From a virus (Duplodnaviria > Heunggongvirae > Uroviricota > Caudoviricetes): a DNA stretch of 29,494 bases. The translations under genes were made by a program, and so were the position numbers. Location of the stretch: the IMG/VR virus record IMGVR_UViG_3300014922_000089; one strand, written 5' to 3'. Under the pieces are notes generated by a model that worked only from the letters and a program-made list of their open reading frames with translations, made no database searches and was not told the DNA's origin. Positions 26,397 to 29,494 of the stretch are shown one piece after another (position 1 is the stretch's first letter; each line of letters begins with the position of its first letter).

Positions 26397-27559
26397 TGCT
26401 GGATGCGCGGACATTTTATGCAGGCAGTACGCTGACGCCGGATTACATGCTGATGCTCGACAGCAGGGATATTACCGGCAATATCAGCGACCGTCTGATG
26501 AGCATGACCCTGACGGATAACCGGGGCTTTGAGGCTGACCAGCTTGATATTGAACTGAACGATGCCGACGGGCAGGTCGGGCTGCCGGTTCGTGGCGCTG
26601 TCCTGACGGTGTATATCGGCTGGAAAGGTTTTGCCCTGGTATGCAAAGGGAAATTTACCGTTGATGAGGTTGAACACCGGGGCGCGCCGGATGTGGTCAC
26701 CATCCGCGCCCGGAGTGCAGATTTTCGCGGGACGCTCAATTCCCGCCGTGAAGGCTCCTGGCATGACACCACGCTCGGTGCGATTGTTGAGGCGATAGCC
26801 TCCCGTAACAGGCTGGAAGCCAGTGTCGCTCCGTCACTGGCCGGAATTAAAATCCCGCACATCGACCAGTCGCAGGAGTCTGATGCAAAATTCCTGACCC
26901 GCCTTGCTGAACGCAACGGCGGTGAGGTGTCGGTAAAAATGGGAAAACTGTTGTTTCTCAAAGCGGGGCAGGGGGTGACGGCCAGCGGTAAAAAAGTCCC
27001 GCAGGTCACCATAACCCGCAGCGACGGCGACCGCCATCATTTTGCGATTGCTGACCGTGGAGCCTATACCGGCGTAACGGCAAAGTGGTTACACACCAAA
27101 GACCCGAAGCCGCAAAAGCAGAAGGTAAAACTGAAACGCAAAAAGAAAGAGAAACACCTGCGCGCACTGGAGCACCCGAAAGCGAAACCAGTCACGCAGA
27201 AGAAAGCGCCAAAAGTACCGGAAGCGCGCGAAGGTGAATACATGGCCGGTGAGGCTGACAACGTTTTTGCACTGACCACGGTATATGCCACGAAAGCACA
27301 GGCCATGCGCGCCGCTCAGGCGAAGTGGGATAAACAGCAACGGGGTGTGGCGGAGTTCTCCATCAGCCTGGCTACCGGTCGGGCAGATATTTACACGGAA
27401 ACACCGGTTAAAGTGTCAGGCTTTAAGCGCGTCATAGACGAGCAGGACTGGACAATCACTAAGGTGACACATTTTCTGAGTAATAGCGGCTTCACGACGT
27501 CCTTAGAGCTTGAGGTCAGGCTTTCTGATGTGGAGTACGAAACAGAAGATGATGAGTGA
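26396..27559 (+). CDS. D: Tail protein D (387 aa)
   Basis: 387 aa, as P2 D. Confidence 0.85.
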   Translation: MLDARTFYAGSTLTPDYMLMLDSRDITGNISDRLMSMTLTDNRGFEADQLDIELNDADGQVGLPVRGAVLTVYIGWKGFALVCKGKFTVDEVEHRGAPDVVTIRARSADFRGTLNSRREGSWHDTTLGAIVEAIASRNRLEASVAPSLAGIKIPHIDQSQESDAKFLTRLAERNGGEVSVKMGKLLFLKAGQGVTASGKKVPQVTITRSDGDRHHFAIADRGAYTGVTAKWLHTKDPKPQKQKVKLKRKKKEKHLRALEHPKAKPVTQKKAPKVPEAREGEYMAGEADNVFALTTVYATKAQAMRAAQAKWDKQQRGVAEFSISLATGRADIYTETPVKVSGFKRVIDEQDWTITKVTHFLSNSGFTTSLELEVRLSDVEYETEDDE

Positions 27560-27640
27560 TGTTTTTATTTTATCTATTTGTTTTATAAGGATAAATTAAC
27601 TAGAATGGCACCATCAACAAAACCGGAAGAGGTGCTCGCG

Positions 27641-27859
27641 ATGTTTCATTGTCCTTTATGCCAGCATGCCGCACATGCGCGTACAAGCCGCTATATCACT
27701 GACACGACAAAAGAGCGTTATCACCAGTGTCAGAACGTGAATTGCAGCGCCACGTTCATCACTTATGAGTCGGTACAGCGATACATCGTGAAACCGGGAG
27801 AAGTCCACGCCGTAAGGCCGCACCCGTTGCCGTCAGGGCAGCAAATTATGTGGATGTAA
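27641..27859 (+). CDS. ogr: Late gene activator Ogr (72 aa, C4 zinc finger)
   Basis: MFHCPLCQHAAHARTSRYITDTTKERYHQCQNVNCSATF: the Ogr/Delta zinc-finger pattern. 72 aa from the ATG at 27641. Last gene before attR. Confidence 0.85.
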   Translation: MFHCPLCQHAAHARTSRYITDTTKERYHQCQNVNCSATFITYESVQRYIVKPGEVHAVRPHPLPSGQQIMWM

Positions 27860-27872
27860 TTACAAACAGAAA

Positions 27873-27897
27873 GCCCCTCAGTCGAGGGGCTTTTTTT
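27873..27897 (+). terminator. Rho-independent terminator after ogr
   Basis: GCCCCTC-AGTC-GAGGGGC followed by TTTTTTT. Confidence 0.75.
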
Positions 27898-27961
27898 GTC
27901 GATGTGGTCAATGTGTGGACGTGACCAGAAATAAATCCTTTTATTTCATTGTATTACGCGT

Positions 27962-27989
27962 AAAAAATAAGCCCGTGTAAGGGAGATTA
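27962..27989. repeat. attR core (direct repeat of 544-571)
   Basis: Exact 28-nt copy of the attL core. Confidence 0.8.
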
Positions 27990-28132
27990 CACAGGCTAAG
28001 GAGGTGGTTCCTGGTACAGCTAGCATTTTATGGGTTATGTTTTTCAGCGAAACGGATGATAACCTTAATAAATGCAGCTGTATGTGATCGGTTTCTAAGA
28101 ATTTTCCATCCGGGAAAAATAATCGAAATTAA

Positions 28133-29494
28133 TCACTTACCGTGGGGATTACGCGTGGTTTCCCCGGAGAAATTACGCATCAGCAGCGCGTAATTGAGCT
28201 CAAGATCCTGCGGGACCGGGAGCCACACAGTATAACCATCGCCTGGTGCTATCGGCATAGCTTCGCCTTTGGCGTTTTCCATGTGCTCAAGGGTAAAATT
28301 AATGTTGCCTTGCGGCGTCATCAGCTCAAGGCTGTCGCCAACGGAGAATTTATTTTTCACCGCTACCGCCGCGAGGTCCCCCTTGCGCTCACCGGTAAAC
28401 TCACCAACAAACTGCTGGCGGTCAGAAACTGAATAACCGTATTCGTAGTTCTGATAATCGTCGTGAGTATGACGACGCAGGAAACCTTCGGTATAGCCAC
28501 GATGCGCCAGACCTTCCAGAGTTTCCAGCAGGCTGGTATCGAACGGTTTTCCCGCAGCGGCGTCATCGATAGCTTTGCGGTAAACCTGTGCGGTGCGTGC
28601 ACAATAGTAGAAAGATTTGGTACGACCTTCGATTTTCAGCGAATGCACGCCCATTTTGGTCAGGCGTTCTACATGGGCGATGGCGCGCAGATCTTTCGAG
28701 TTCATGATGTAAGTGCCGTGCTCATCTTCAAACGCGGTCATATACTCGCCCGGACGCTGGGCCTCTTCGATCATAAACACTTTGTCGGTTGGTGCGCCGA
28801 TACCCAGCGTCGGCTCAACATTTTGCACCGGAATCGGCTCGTACTTGTGTACGATGTTGCCAACATCATCTTCTTTCCCTTCCTGGACGTTGTACTCCCA
28901 GCGGCAGGCGTTGGTGCAGGTGCCCTGGTTCGGGTCGCGCTTGTTGATATAGCCAGAGAGCAGGCAGCGACCGGAGTAGGCCATGCACAGCGCGCCGTGA
29001 ACGAAGATCTCGATCTCCATATCCGGCACCTGATTGCGGATCTCTTCAATCTCTTCCAGCGACAGCTCGCGAGAGAGGATCACGCGGGTCAGGCCCATTT
29101 GCTGCCAGAATTTCACCGTCGCCCAGTTCACGGCGTTAGCCTGCACCGAAAGGTGGATCGGCATTTCAGGGAAGTGCTCACGCACCAGCATAATCAGCCC
29201 TGGATCGGACATAATCAGCGCATCCGGCCCCATTTCCACCACCGGTTTCAGGTCACGGATAAAGGTTTTCAGCTTGGCGTTGTGCGGTGCAATGTTGACC
29301 ACGACATAAAACTTTTTCCCCAGCGCGTGGGCTTCATTGATGCCGAGCTGAAGATTTTCGTGGTTGAATTCGTTGTTGCGCACACGCAGGGAATAACGCG
29401 GCTGGCCCGCATAAACAGCATCTGCGCCATAAGCGAAAGCGTAACGCATATTTTTCAGCGTTCCCGCCGGGGAAAGGAGTTCCGGTTTAAACAT
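28133..29494 (-). CDS. yegQ: Peptidase U32-family protein YegQ/TrhP (453 aa), host flank
   Basis: Full-length 453 aa starting MFKPELLSPAGTLKNMRYAFAYGADAVYAGQPRY, with the start codon at the window edge. Outside the att repeat. Confidence 0.85.
   Translation of the reverse strand: MFKPELLSPAGTLKNMRYAFAYGADAVYAGQPRYSLRVRNNEFNHENLQLGINEAHALGKKFYVVVNIAPHNAKLKTFIRDLKPVVEMGPDALIMSDPGLIMLVREHFPEMPIHLSVQANAVNWATVKFWQQMGLTRVILSRELSLEEIEEIRNQVPDMEIEIFVHGALCMAYSGRCLLSGYINKRDPNQGTCTNACRWEYNVQEGKEDDVGNIVHKYEPIPVQNVEPTLGIGAPTDKVFMIEEAQRPGEYMTAFEDEHGTYIMNSKDLRAIAHVERLTKMGVHSLKIEGRTKSFYYCARTAQVYRKAIDDAAAGKPFDTSLLETLEGLAHRGYTEGFLRRHTHDDYQNYEYGYSVSDRQQFVGEFTGERKGDLAAVAVKNKFSVGDSLELMTPQGNINFTLEHMENAKGEAMPIAPGDGYTVWLPVPQDLELNYALLMRNFSGETTRNPHGK

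Larger units (their letters stand above)
544..27989. mobile_element. P2-family prophage (defective; internal tail/baseplate deletion), about 27.4 kb
   Basis: Bounded by a 28-bp direct repeat. Contains int, C, cox, B, A, Q, P, O, N, M, L, X, Y, K, lysA/B/C, G, FI, FII, E, T, U, D and ogr in P2 order, with protein lengths matching P2. Confidence 0.9.

Noticed and set aside
1-29494. CRISPR array, tRNA/tmRNA or rRNA genes
   Set aside because: No regularly spaced direct repeats with unique spacers were seen and no tRNA-like sequence is evident. The att core is not inside a tRNA gene.

Overview
The window is an enterobacterial (E. coli-type) chromosomal segment carrying a P2-family prophage of about 27.4 kb, inserted between a yegR-like lipoprotein gene (left) and yegQ/trhP (right, minus strand). 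The prophage is bounded by a 28-bp direct repeat (att core) at 544-571 and 27962-27989. Gene order and exact protein lengths match P2: int(337)-C(99)-cox(91)-orf78-B-orf80/81/82/83-A | cos | Q(344)-P(590) divergent from O-N-M-L-X-Y-K-lysA-lysB/lysC, then G, FI(396)-FII(172)-E/E'-T(815)-U(159)-D(387)-ogr(72). Two things depart from P2. (1) An internal deletion runs from inside R to inside H, removing S, V, W, J, I and most of R and H, so the element is very probably a defective prophage. (2) The accessory cargo differs: the P2 tin/old region between A and cos is replaced by about 0.9 kb of mostly non-coding DNA with a small ORF, and a markedly AT-rich island sits between cos and the portal gene Q (7571-9832). 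That island is a single reading frame of about 750 codons interrupted by one in-frame TAG; it has its own SD and terminator and a possible Mrr-like PD-(D/E)xK motif near the N-terminus. This is the best candidate for an undescribed anti-phage or accessory system. A second AT-rich cargo gene (259 aa, N-terminal transmembrane helix, minus strand) lies between G and FI at the P2 Z/fun position. All family assignments rest on reading the translations and on recalled P2 gene order and sizes; no database search was run. Coordinates follow the supplied ORF track, with starts refined in-frame.
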